A stretch of 60,801 bases of DNA from Thraustochytrium aureum (Eukaryota), in contig BLSG01000329.1 in NCBI GenBank assembly GCA_012862495.1, positions 52,651-113,451 on the forward strand, in the 5' to 3' direction. The notes beneath the pieces were generated by a model. It searched no databases. It was not told the origin of the DNA and saw nothing but the letters and a program-made list of their open reading frames with translations. The translations under genes were made by a program, and so were the position numbers. Positions 34,336-46,500 of this stretch are shown here, in pieces (the first letter of the stretch is position 1; each line of letters begins with the position of its first letter).

Positions 34336-36005
34336 CTAGAGGAATACCGCGACGAGGACGACGACCAGGACGCCTGCTAAAGTTGACACCCCCGCGCGCA
34401 CTGCCACGGCGCGCGGGCAGGCCAGCCTCGAGGCATTCGCGACCGTACGCGGCGCTTGTGGCGGCGCGCCCCATTTCGCGGGTTTGGCGAGCTCGATGCG
34501 GTCCAGAGCAAGAATACGGTCCTGCAGACGTGCAATTAGGGCCTCGAGTTCGCGCCCTACGCTCGCCAGCTCGACGTCCGCAGCGGCGATGAAATGTGCG
34601 TCTCTGGCGAACTCAAACGCCCGCGCATGCTCGGGCGAGTAGAGGGCGCTTGTTGCAGAGGCCGCGGCAGTTTTGCCGTTCGGCGCTGCTGCCGCGCTCA
34701 GGACGAGCCACAGCTCGCCCACGTCGACAACGTCTGGCAAGCTAGCGCGAGCGAGCGACACGGCGCGTAGCCTGAGGCGCTGTGCGACGAGCGCGAGGGC
34801 GGAGCGGAAGGTCTTCAGCTTGATATGCAGGTCGTCAGCCACGGCGGTTGTTGCAGCCAACGCGGGCCGTCCCGCGTCACCTGCTTGCGTCTCGGCAGCC
34901 AGGAGCGCGTCCAGGGCGGCCTGAACTTGTTGGTTGCCAATTGCAACACAGCTTGCGACCGGCCCTGCAGGTGTCGTCGCAGACGTGCCCAGGGCCGCCT
35001 CGTGACTGCAGAGAACATTGACCTGCGAGCGCAGATTTCTAATCGCGTGCTGCGCAGTCGCGACGAGCTTGCGCGCTGCTGCCGCGTCGTTGCAGTCGTC
35101 GGCGCCTACGCCCCCCCCCGACGCGCTAACCGCGCTAGTCTCAAGGTGTACCTCATCGAGCGGACCGCCTTCGACCACGAGGACCTTGCCTCCAACCTGG
35201 CCTAAATCCACGACGAGAGCGCCGGGTTGGTTGCTCATTCCGCCGCTCGTTTTGCTGCCCTGGGCAAGAGGGACTGCAAGCCAGGCAAGCCAGGCAGCGC
35301 GCAAGCGCTCATCGCTCTCGAGCAAATGCATCGCGCTGCGAGAGCTCCGGATACGCATCTCCTGAAGAGAGTGCCATGTCCCGTACCTACACCTACTTCA
35401 ACGCGATTGTCGGCGAGCACGTTCCGCGAGTGGCGAGCCGCAGCCTGAGGAGCAACGGCGCTCGAGCCCTGTGTGGGAACGGCGGTCGAGTGATGAAGCG
35501 CGTCGCTCAATTCTGCGCTGATCTGTGATTGCAAGCGAGTGGTTTGTAGGTAGAGTAGAGTACCATCTCCACAAGCTTGTGGCGCTGTCGCGTCGCTGTC
35601 GGATGTCGACTGCCCTCCACCGCTGCCTCCGCCGCACTGCATCATGAGACGACCGCGTGAGATGAAGCTAGCTTTACTAGAGAGCGCTACGTCGGTAGCG
35701 AGAAACGAAGGCAAGCAGGGGGAGGAAGCGCGTGCGCGATGGCGGGGCAGGGCAGCAGGCGCGAGGTCCAACTTGAACTCCTGCTGCAGCTCGATCATCG
35801 TAAACTGTGCTCCGCATGTCGAGCGACCGCGAACTTCTTGGGACAAGTTGGAAGACAAAGTCCAAGAGTGAAAGAGTTGTTGTTGTTGTTGTTGTTTTTG
35901 AACAAGATACTTACGGCAAGTTTTGAGGCCATCGAGGTTGGTCGCCGACCTGCCCGCCAGGATGCGGGAGAGCCCCCCCCGTCCAGGTCTCGCATTCATT
36001 GTCAC
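34336..36005 (-). CDS. Hypothetical helical protein with a C-terminal membrane anchor
   Basis: ORF 34336..35358 ends in TLAGVLVVVLVAVFL. It can be joined in phase to ORF 35235..36005 by a short GT-AG intron (35362-35396) or by a frameshift; the 5' extent is uncertain. Confidence 0.5.
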
Positions 36006-36395
36006 TTGGAGTTGGCAGCGGCGAAGCGCTCGGCGCGCGGCATCGCTTTGTGAGATGTANNNNNNNNNNNNNNNNNNNNNNNNNNNNNNNNNNNNNNNNN
36101 NNNNNNNNNNNNNNNNNNNNNNNNNNNNNNNNNNNNNNNNNNNNNNNNNNNNNNNNNNNNNNNNNNNNNNNNNNNNNNNNNNNNNNNNNNNNNNNNNNNN
36201 NNNNNNNNNNNNNNNNNNNNNNNNNNNNNNNNNNNNNNNNNNNNNNNNNNNNNNNNNNNNNNNNNNNNNNNNNNNNNNNNNNNNNNNNNNNNNNNNNNNN
36301 NNNNNNNNNNNNNNNNNNNNNNNNNNNNNNNNNNNNNNNNNNNNNNNNNNNNNNNNNNNNNNNNNNNNNNNNNNNNNNNNNNNNNNNNNNNNNNN

Positions 36396-37757
36396 TTTGC
36401 GAACGGCTGCGAGGTCGCCGACCGAAGCGAGTCGTTTGCTAGGCGTCCGAGGCGCTCCTCGACCGCGCTGAGGTTGTGCTCGTACGCTTGGCCGCGGTCG
36501 GAAAACCAGTCCACAAAGCGGAGGGCGAGGTCTGCTTTCCGCTCCACGTCGTCCTGCCGCTTTTCCGCGGCTTGCGACCAGCGCTTGAGAGGCTCCACGT
36601 CTGCCGCCTGGCGCGCCAACTGCTCGATCCTGGCAGTCACTTGGGCGACGGTTGCACCGAGCTCAGCCCTGGAGGCCATCGCCGAAATCGCAGCTCGATA
36701 CTGCTCGTTGGAGCGCCCGGCCTTTGCTTGGTCTTCGCGTATAGCTTTGTCGAGGCGGCCTTGAGCAGCTGCGAGCGTCGCGAGCTGGCGCGAGGCGTTT
36801 CTGGACGAGTCGGCCAAGACGCGAACGGCCTCCTTCGGGGCGCACTCTTCGCAAGTCTGCTGGACGTGCACGACTTGGGCGGCCAAAGCCTCGAGGTCCT
36901 GCGCCGAAGCCAGGCCGCCGATGTGGCGCTTGAGGTCGTTGACGGACTGCTCGAGTTGCGCGATGCGTCGATCTGCGTCTTGTTGCCGTTGCTCGGCGGA
37001 CGCGAGGCGCTCCCGCGCGTCGGCCAACTCTGCAAGCAGCTCTTGATGGTTCGAGATAAAGCTGGCGACCTTGTCGGCGAGGCCCTCAAGGTGAGCGAGC
37101 GCTGCCCGAGCAAAACATCAGCATCATCATCGGTTAGTCACGACTTTGGCATGGCCGCAGCCATCGCGCAAGCCAAGACGTACCCATCCTGTCAAGTTTA
37201 GAGGCTGCGAGCTCGTGCGCAGCGCTCACCTGCTGCGCGAGGTGCTTTTGCGCCTGCCGCAGGTGGTCCAGCTGCGTCCCAGTAGCGCACTCAGCGGCCA
37301 TCCTCCGCTCGACGTCGCGCACACTGGCGTACACCGTTGCTGCCACGCGCCGTAGCTCGTCCGCGGGAGCTGCTCGCGCAACCTGCACGCTCAGGTGCTC
37401 CATCCTCCGCAGCTGCCAGGCCACGACAGCGCCGAGCGGCTCGCCTGGCCGTGGCGGGGCGTCCCTCCCGGCGGCCTCGTTTGCCAGCACGGTCCAGTCG
37501 CGGATTTGCACGATCTGGCCTTCCAGGCGCGCCAGCCTATTCCCCGCATGCTCGCGCAGCGCTTCCAGCTCGCTGCGCTGCGCCTTGCTGGCGCATCGAG
37601 TCGCGGCGGCGCGTAGCTCGTCGGCGTTCGAGCTGCACTGCGTGACCACGCCGTCAATCACCTCCTGGAGCCTGTCAAAACTGACCAGTGGGGCCGCGCC
37701 AGCAGCCCGGGACCTGCCCAGTGTCGCATGCACCTTGTCCTCGTCGCACTTATCCAT
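36396..37757 (-). CDS. Coiled-coil hypothetical protein (one intron; 3' end in a gap)
   Basis: Heptad-rich ORFs join through a GT-AG intron at 37102-37183 with a CTAAC branch site, giving KLDRMALAHLEGLADKV; distal segment LALRFVDWFSDRGQAYEHNL. Confidence 0.7.
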
Positions 37758-37829
37758 CCTCGCCAGCCGCTGCCCGGCCGCAAACGCGCTCGGCGTCGCT
37801 CTGGCCCTGTTCAAACATCTGCTGCGCTG

Positions 37830-37995
37830 GGTTAGGTTGACGCACTCGACAGGTTAGGTCACGCGTGTCTTCAATCGGTTAGGTTGACGAGCGCCGCAGG
37901 TTAGGGCACAGCGTGCTGGGTTAGGGTTACGCAATCGACAGGTTAGGTCACGCGTGTCCTCGATTGGTTAGGTTGACGAGCGCCGCAGGTTAGGG
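37830..37995. repeat. 89-bp tandem duplication containing eight telomere-like GGTTAGG motifs
   Basis: GGTTAGG starts at 37830, 37852, 37877, 37899, 37919, 37941, 37966 and 37988; the second four are each offset exactly 89 bp from the first four. Confidence 0.9.
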
Positions 37996-39232
37996 TAATG
38001 GTGCGCGTGGACAACAAAATCTCTGTCCGTTGCTGAGCGCGTGCAGGGCCGACTGCGAAGGGAGAACGGCACAAGCCCAACTTGGAATCGCATCGGGCAC
38101 CTCGCACGATCTTGCTTGGAAGGCTGCACTGCTCGAAGTTGCTGCTGCTGCTCTGCTTGGCTCGGCTTCAAGTGCGAACCGAGACAGGTTCGAGTTGGCC
38201 TGCATGATTGCGAGCGGGCCAGCCACGGCTGCTCGGAGCCTTGCTTGGCCAGCCTGCAGCCAGCCAGCCAGCCTNNNNNNNNNNNNNNNNNNNNNNNNNN
38301 NNNNNNNNNNNNNNNNNNNNNNNNNNNNNNNNNNNNNNNNNNNNNNNNNNNNNNNNNNNNNNNNNNNNNNNNNNNNNNNNNNNNNNNNNNNNNNNNNNNN
38401 NNNNNNNNNNNNNNNNNNNNNNNNNNNNNNNNNNNNNNNNNNNNNNNNNNNNNNNNNNNNNNNNNNNNNNNNNNNNNNNNNNNNNNNNNNNNNNNNNNNN
38501 NNNNNNNNNNNNNNNNNNNNNNNNNNNNNNNNNNNNNNNNNNNNNNNNNNNNNNNNNNNNNNNNNNNNNNNNNNNNNNNNNNNNNNNNNNNNNNNNNNNN
38601 NNNNNNNNNNNNNNNNNNNNNNNNNNNNNNNNNNNNNNNNNNNNNNNNNNNNNNNNNNNNTGCATGTCCAGGTTTTATTCCACGTGAGGATGGCTTTCTT
38701 GCTGTGACTGCTCTTGCTCTTGCTGCTCTGAACACGTTGAGAGCGTTTGTGAGCACCGTGTGCAAGCAAGTGTCCGTCCGTCCGCCCGCTTGCCGCGTGG
38801 CAGTGTGTCCATGCGTGCGCAGCACCTCGAAACGCACGAAACCAAGACCAAGCCACCAGAACGACCGATCTTGCCTGCAGGAAGAAAACTCGCCTCCGCA
38901 GCGAGCACGGCACATCGGCGACCAAGCCGAGCATTATTCCGGGCTCTGGCCAGCCGTTTCGACACTTTCCTGCCTCGGCTCGCTCGCGGCACGGCAAGCA
39001 ATTCTGTCAAGTGCCCTGCACGCGCTGCGGCCGCGGCGGCGCTCAACAAGGACGCGAGGCCCCCCCCCCAACAAACCAGACCAGCTCCGAGCTGACCATT
39101 CCAACCACTCTTTCAAGAGTGACTTTCTTGCGCCAAGCAGCGTGAAATCCCATGCGCCACTCCACCATCGCTGCTGGCAGCAGTCCACGAGTTGATCGAG
39201 CAGCAGAGCCGCCGCCGTCGTGGATTGCCGGA

Positions 39233-39234
<2 letters not shown>

Positions 39235-39269
<35 letters not shown>
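39235..39269. repeat. (CTGG)n tetranucleotide microsatellite; related (GCCA)n tracts near 38258-38273 and 56351-56393
   Basis: Direct reading of ctggctggctgg runs. Confidence 0.85.
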
Positions 39270-39272
<3 letters not shown>

Positions 39273-39731
39273 CGCGGCGTGGAGGTGGCCCGAGCAAGAC
39301 CGCTGGGGATTGCGTCCATCGCACTCGACTTTGTGCCGCCAACAAGGCCGCCCGGGCTGGTTGACGCGGCGTTGTCGCCCACGCGGACGCGCTCCAGGTG
39401 GCTGGAAAGGGCTGCGGCTTTGCCTGCAACGCGGTCCGTCGGGCGGCAGGCCGGCCAGGTACGCGCGCCGAGGGGCGAAGACAGGCAGACGGCGCCCTCG
39501 GCCGCCGCCGCGACGCTGGAGCGCGCCCAGCGCGCCGTGCTGGCGTGCGGCGTGCTCCGGCGGCTTGCATGCTGGGACTTGGATGAGCCCGCGCTGCGCG
39601 GGCAAGAAGCTAGCAAGGGGCGGAGCCCGACGCGGCCGTTCGGGCACGAGATTGGGCCTCGGTCGCGCCCCGTAGTCCCCGCCGCGTTAGGGCAGCAGAC
39701 GGGCGAGCGGGCGAGCGCGAGCGCGCCGGCG

Positions 39732-40580
39732 ATGGCACCATTCGAAATGCAAGAGCACCTTCCTCTGGCGTACGTGTTGCAGGACTACACGCTAGTACGC
39801 AAGTTTCGGCAGTTTATCGCCGAGCAGCACGCGAGCGAAAACCTCCTGTTCTACCTGGCCGTCGAAAAGTTCAAGGCGCACCGGTACACCAAGGCCAACA
39901 CGGAGCTGCAGGAGATCCTGGACGAGGCCGCTGCAGCGGCCCCGCGCAGCAAGCGGAGCAACGTGCAGAACACGCGCATGCACATGAACATGGCGCGCGA
40001 CTTCAAGCTGCCGATGGCCAAGGTCGGCGCGATCATCGACGCGCTGCGCATCTACGAGATGTTCCTGCAGGACGGGGCGCGCATGTGGGTGTGCGTCAGC
40101 CCCAGCGTGCTCAGGGACATCTCCGAGACGCTGCTGAAGGAGCCCCAGAACACCAAGCAGAGCACCATTTTCGCGAGGGCCTCGCTCGAGGCCTACGTGA
40201 CCATGGAGAAGGACGTGCTCCCCCGCTTCCTGCAGAACAACACCGACCCTGACGTTATCGGCCGCTTGCGCCACTACGCCGCCATTCTCGAGCGGAAAAG
40301 GCACGCTAAGCTCACGATCGCAGAGTCGATCAAGCGCTCCAGCGTTTCGTTCCTCAAGCGCTTGTCCATCGCCTCCGGTGCCTCAAGCCCCATGGACGGC
40401 CCTGCAAGGGGCTCGATGGCTTCGGTGGCCTCCTTCGGCTCGATGGCGTCGGGGGCCTCGGGCGGCTCGTCCGCGCAGCTGCGGCAGCCGCCAGCCGCAG
40501 GCGCGAGCAAGGTCCACGGCGGTCCCCGCCTGGACAGGTCGGGCGGGCCTGAGCCCATGGAACTCTCCCGCCGCATCTGA
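39732..40580 (+). CDS. Regulator of G-protein signalling (RGS) domain protein
   Basis: FRQFIAEQHASENLLFYLAVEKFK...IYEMFLQDGARMWVCVS...IFARASLEAYVTMEKDVLPRFL matches the RGS consensus. Confidence 0.9.
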   Translation: MAPFEMQEHLPLAYVLQDYTLVRKFRQFIAEQHASENLLFYLAVEKFKAHRYTKANTELQEILDEAAAAAPRSKRSNVQNTRMHMNMARDFKLPMAKVGAIIDALRIYEMFLQDGARMWVCVSPSVLRDISETLLKEPQNTKQSTIFARASLEAYVTMEKDVLPRFLQNNTDPDVIGRLRHYAAILERKRHAKLTIAESIKRSSVSFLKRLSIASGASSPMDGPARGSMASVASFGSMASGASGGSSAQLRQPPAAGASKVHGGPRLDRSGGPEPMELSRRI

Positions 40581-41800
40581 ATTCTGGCTCCTACAGAGCT
40601 CATCTAGCCGAGCTCAACGGAGGCTGGCGTGTATAGCATAGCAACAACCCAATTTCTATTTCTCCTTCTCCGCCAGCTAGAGCTAGTCCTTGAGCGCCTT
40701 GACCACCTTCCTGCGCGCCTTCCAGCCGAGCACGACCCCCACCAGCACTGCGTCCTCGTCTCCGGCGCTTCGTCAGCCCGCCCGCCCGCCTGCAACCAGC
40801 ACCAGCACCAGCACGACCANNNNNNNNNNNNNNNNNNNNNNNNNNNNNNNNNNNNNNNNNNNNNNNNNNNNNNNNNNNNNNNNNNNNNNNNNNNNNNNNN
40901 NNNNNNNNNNNNNNNNNNNNNNNNNNNNNNNNNNNNNNNNNNNNNNNNNNNNNNNNNNNNNNNNNNNNNNNNNNNNNNNNNNNNNNNNNNNNNNNNNNNN
41001 NNNNNNNNNNNNTCCAGGGCAGACAACTACCGGCAGAGCAACCACGACCACCGCATCCACCTCCGCAACCTGCGAGTCATGGCCGCCAGGACCACCTCCA
41101 TGATCACTTCCGGCGCCAACTCACTCACCTCCAGCAGCAAAGATAGCCGCGACGGTCGTCAAGTTGGTCTCCATCCCTCGCAGCACGAGCGCCGCCGCCA
41201 CAAACACCACGAGCACCACGAGCACCACGAGCACGACGTCCTCCTCCTCCTCCTCCTCCAGCTGCTGCTGCTGCGGCGGCGGCGGCGGCGTCCTGCGCGG
41301 TTGGGGCTCTGCCGAGTGCGATGTCGTCGTGGATGGCGGTCGAGATCAGGACGAGGACGATGAGACGCTCACGATGGCAGTGCCCGATCGCGGCCGGCTG
41401 CGCAGTGCGTGCTGCTCCAGCGCATCGGGTGCGGCGCCTTGAACGTGCGGCGAGATCCTGCTGGACGGGGCTTGCGCGCTCGAGCGGCGCGGCGCCGAGG
41501 ATTTTGGACGATTTGGGCGATCTCGCGGGGATCGGCGCGATAGTTGGGGCGCGTTGCGAGCTCCTGCTGGACCTGGCTTGCTCGAGCGGCGCCGAGGATT
41601 GCGTGCGCGTTGAGCGATCTTGTGGAGAGCGGTCGCGCAGCGAAACGGCGCGATAGTTTGGGCCGGTTGGGCCGCGTGGCTCGAGGCTGGACGTGGGGCT
41701 GCGCCAGGTCGCTGGGACATTTTGTGCTCGCAGGGCTCGCGTTGCTCGACCGAGCGGGGTTGCTTGAGCACACGGGAGTCGCTGGGCTGCTCGGGCCACG

Positions 41801-43378
41801 ATGGCTGAGCTGCATGCTAAGAATTTGGTGCGGACGGTGGCCAGGGCGTTTTACAGTGATGTGAGTTGGCAGACGCGCGGGATACGGCGGCGGGACCAGT
41901 GCGCTGACGGTTAAGATGCCCGAAGGATGCTATCTTTGTGCTGGATGCGCTCTGCCGCGAGAGGTACTTGGTTGACAACGAACATGCGGGGCGTGGCCCA
42001 CTCGAGGAAAAATTCGGCATTCAAGCCAAGCAAGTGCGCAGGACGCTACAGGGGCTCTACGTAAGTTGCCGAGTTTCCATCGTCATGGGTGGTTCGCATC
42101 TGGTTTTGCGAGGGCTGGCGCTGACACCGGCGCTGTGCAGGAGGACTGCTTGGTCGAAAAGTACGTTCGCAGCTACACCGATGTCAAGTCCGACAAGGTG
42201 GAGCGGAAAAAGAGCGCACCCTCTGGTACATCAACTACCTGCACTTTGTCAAGCTGATCCGCTTGCGCCTCCACTTTATGGCCAAGATCATCAACGAGCA
42301 CGAGGAAGAGGCCGTGACGACAGAGGCCCTCTTCACCTGCCCGAACTGCGGCTCCGAGTTTGACCTCATCACCGCAATGCAATTCAGCGACCCGGACTCG
42401 GACAGCTTCTTCTGCGAGAACTGCTTCCTCGACTCGGACGAAAAATTCTACCTCATCGAGCCAGCCGGCGGGGCCGGCGGGGCGGCGACCCAAGCCGCCC
42501 GAGCAGGCGGGAACGCCAAGGTAGCCGCCGCCAAGCCCAAGCGGCTCAAGGACAAGCGCGCAGAGCAGCTCGCCGAGCTCTCCGGGTTCCGCGACGGCAT
42601 CTTTGAGATTCTCCACAAGATCGACACCTTCCCCATCCCGCCGCCGACAAACCTGCCTGCAGACCACATCGAGAACGACATGCACGAAAAGGTCGCCGAG
42701 ATTCAGGCCGAACAGGAAGCTGCCGCAAACGGCGGCACGGCTCGTGCTCCTGGCGGTGGCGGGCGCAACCAGGCGACCTTTGTTGACGCATCCGGGCAGA
42801 GCGTCCAGGTCAAGATCGTCGGCATGGACGATGACGACCGGCCGGGCGCCGCCGGGTCCTCCGCTGCGGACGAGGCCGCCTCGAACGAGGGCCCAGACTA
42901 CGCCCAGGCCTCGCTTCCGGCCTGGATGACGCGCGACGTCACGGGAGCAGTGTCCTCAAACGCGATTCAAGACGCGCAGGAGAGGGCAGCCAAGCGGCAC
43001 AAAGCTGCCGGCTCTGTCTCCGCAAGCGCGTCGCTCGCGCGAGGCGGCGCTTCCGCCCTCCTGCAAGCCAAAGAGGAGGCCGCCAAGTTGGCTGCCGGGG
43101 TCGGCGCGACTGCTGCGTCCGCAGCGGGTGCGCAGACCGAAAGTCAGACGGAGGAAGACCGCGAGCGGGCCGAGTACGAAAAAGCAACCATGGTCAAGGT
43201 CAACGGGCAGGACAAACGCCTCTACGACGTCACAGAGGAGGACCAAAACAACATGTCGGGGGCGGAATACGAGGCATACGCCGCCGCCAAGCGCCGAGCC
43301 ACCGGAGAGGCTGCCGGGAGCGAAGGGGGCGGCAGTGCCGCGGACGACGACGACGACGACATGCACGAGTTCATGTAG
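41801..43378 (+). CDS. TFA1: General transcription factor IIE alpha subunit (two introns, one apparent frameshift)
   Basis: LVRTVARAFYSD|DAIFVLDAL; introns 41861-41925 and 42061-42140; +1 A at 42207-42211 gives LWYINYLHFVKLIRLRLH; zinc ribbon CPNC...FFCENC; acidic C-terminus with VKVNG...DQNNMSGAEYEAY. Confidence 0.92.
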
Positions 43379-43521
43379 CGCGGCTCCGTGTTTACTGTAC
43401 GCGCAGGTAGTCTCGTTCGGGCTGCACAGCTATTTTTATTGCTTTCTCTTCAGCCAACAAGTCTTCTCGAAATCGACCGAGTTTGGCCGCGCGCAGCCCC
43501 GCCGCTCTAAAGAGCTAGCTT

Positions 43522-46500
43522 CTAGAAAAAGTTGTTGAAGTTGATGTGCACCAACAAGCTCCGAGGACCCCCGGTCGCCGAGGGCCAGACCTTGGCCCAC
43601 GATTTCACCGTCTTGACCAGAAACACTTGCGTGACCTCAAAGTTGCCCCAGGCCGCCAGGAGGCTTTCGGGCGGCGCTCCGTCCCCTCCTTCCGCGTCGA
43701 GCGCCGCGTTGGTTTCTTGGAATAGCTCCACTGTGCGGCGAAGGACACGCATGAGGCACTGGTGGATCATGCCGGAGGACCTTGCCCCGTCGAGAAAGCA
43801 GCACCCAAGCGCCCTGTCCACAAAACGGCGGTGCACAGCCTCCAGGTAGGCCGGCGAGTCGCTTTGGCCCCGCGGCGGGTGGCGCAGCTGCTCCTCCATC
43901 TGCGCCCACTGCTCATTCACAAGCTGGGTCAAGATGTAGTCCTCGAAAGTCATGAGGAGGTGCCGCACCTGGTGCCAGCGCATGCCCAGCCAGGCGCACA
44001 GCCGCGGCCGCGCTTGCCGCGCCTCCAGCAGGCGGCGCCACGTCTCCTTCGTCGTCCTGCAAGCAAACTTGACACCAAGCAAGAACCGATGGATGCGCTC
44101 GTAGTCGCCCAGCTCGCTCGGCGTCACGACGAGGCCAAGCGGCCACTCGAGCTCGTACTTGGCTGACAAGAAGCCGAATTGCTCAAAGGTGCGGCTCGAA
44201 CAACCGCCCTCACGCCCTTGCTCGCTCAACGCATCGAAAATCGCCCTGCTGCCTCGTTGCCCTCGAGCCCCACGGAGGCGACGTGGGACTCCACCAGCTC
44301 TCGAAGCACCCGCCCCCGCGCAATCGTGAGGTCCTCGCCCCGAACAAACGCGTCGAAAAGCCGCCCCACGATGCTGCTAAATAGGTCGCCTTGGCACATG
44401 AGCATAAACCGCTTGAGACCATCCAGGTGGAAAAACGCCGCGACTGCGACCGCAGCACCGCTGCCGCAGCGGCCTCGATCAAGGAGCACTGTTGCAGGAC
44501 AGGCTCGACCACGCCGAGTTCAAAGAGCACGTCAACCGGAACCACGCTGCGCTCTCTCTCCGCCGCGCTTGAGCTCGCACCGCTCGCACGGGCCAGGTCG
44601 GCATCCGAGCCATGTTTGACCTGCGGCTTTTGCCGCAGCGTGGCGCCAGCAGCGAGCGCCGGCGTCTCCACGCACGCCGCGAGGGTTCGCAAGCTCGAAG
44701 CCCGCACTTGCGCGTCTGAGCGCGCCGCCGCGGAATTCGCCGAAGCGATCGTGAGCCGCGTGATCAACCTCGTAGCTGGCGTGACAGCAGCCGCCTTTCG
44801 GCGCTCTGGACGACCCAGCAGCACCCCAATTGTCGCATCGCCGCCTGGGGCCTGTGCCACGCGCGTGGCAGGGCGCTCCGGCCGCTTGCTCGTGTCGTCG
44901 TCGGGCTCGATGAGGTCGCGCATAGTTGTGTTTCCGCCCGGCGCATGGCTGATCCGAACGCTTGCGCGTGGCGCCTCCGGGAGAGCATCCTCATTCATGG
45001 ACTCGGCCACTGAATTAGAGCCTCCAGGCGCATGCAAGCCTGTGTGACGCTGCGTTTCCTTCTCGCTGCCTGAGGCCTTCGAGCTCGTGCTCGCTCCCAC
45101 GATCCTCACAGAAGACCGGCTGGGCGGCGGCGGTGGCGAGCCTCCGTCGAGGTACGCGCCCATTGTACTGGTACCGCCTGGGGCCTGTTGGATGTGAACA
45201 GAGTGTGTAGGCTCGGCTTCGGTTGACTCTGCTCCGCCTGGCGAGGACGCCAGGACTCGGACCGAGGCTCGTTTGACGTCCGGAGGAGTCTCGTCCGAGA
45301 GGAACGTCGGCATCGTGCTCGGACCCCCTGGCTCCTGCGCAACACGGATGGAAGACGGCGACGCGCGGCAAGCACTGGCACCAGCTGCAGACTGCGGGCT
45401 AACAGCGCTGGTCAGAGCACGCGGCGATTCCTGGTCGGACGCGTCGTGCGAGCGAACAAGACCGTCGGCGTGTTCTTCACCTTGCAGCAACAACCCGATC
45501 GTCGAGCTGCCCCCAGGAACCTGCGAGATGCGAACATGCGACACGGCCTTGGGACTTGACGAGGTCTCGAGTTCGCCATTCGGCGTGGCAAGAGCGGTCA
45601 CGATGCGCACCGAGGGCCTCGAGCTCTCGAGCGCCGAGGAGGACGAGAGGCGCTCAGCCATGCTGGACGCGCCACCCGGGGCATGAATAATACGTACGGA
45701 AGTGGCCTCCNNNNNNNNNNNNNNNNNNNNNNNNNNNNNNNNNNNNNNNNNNNNNNNNNNNNNNNNNNNNNNNNNNNNNNNNNNNNNNNNNNNNNNNNNN
45801 NNNNNNNNNNNNNNNNNNNNNNNNNNNNNNNNNNNNNNNNNNNNNNNNNNNNNNNNNNNNNNNNNNNNNNNNNNNNNNNNNNNNNNNNNNNNNNNNNNNN
45901 NNNNNNNNNNNNNNNNNNNNNNNNNNNNNNGCCGAGATTGGCGGCCGCGAGTCCTTGCCGGCAGCGACAATCTCTGGCACAGCGCTGATGGCTGCAGAGT
46001 CCCTTTGCGAGGGACTTTCCGCCTCGCTGGGAGAGTCGCCGAGGAGAGCGCGGCTCATGGCTAGGCTGGATCCGCCCGGCGACGAGCTGAGGATGCGCAC
46101 GCTCGGCCGCGCAAGATCGTGAGTCGAGCTTGGGCTCGCCGCACCTCGTGCCCCAACAAGGTTCCCAATCGTAGATGTGCCCCCCGGCTCTTGCTGGATA
46201 ACGACGCTTGTCCTTGGTGACAACCGAAAGTCCGCCTTTTCGGCGCTGAGCTGTGCGACGGCGACCTGCAGCGTCTCAAGCGTTTTTCGCTCCTCCTCGC
46301 TGAGCGATTCAAGGCGGGCCTCGTGGTCGCGTGACAGAGCTGCAAACTGGTCCAGCAAAAACTGCTCTGCCACCTCGCGCTCCTTGGCGGTGACTCGAGA
46401 AGTGCTTTCAATTCCGAGCGCCATGCGGTCCCGCTCAGCAGCTTGGGCGTCGAGCTTGGCCTGCCGCTTAGCCCGGCGAGCCTCCTCTGCAGCGGCGCGA

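Noticed and set aside
37830..37995. CRISPR-like repeat-spacer appearance
   Set aside because: The repeat is only 7 bp, the spacers themselves repeat, there are no cas genes, and the context is eukaryotic.
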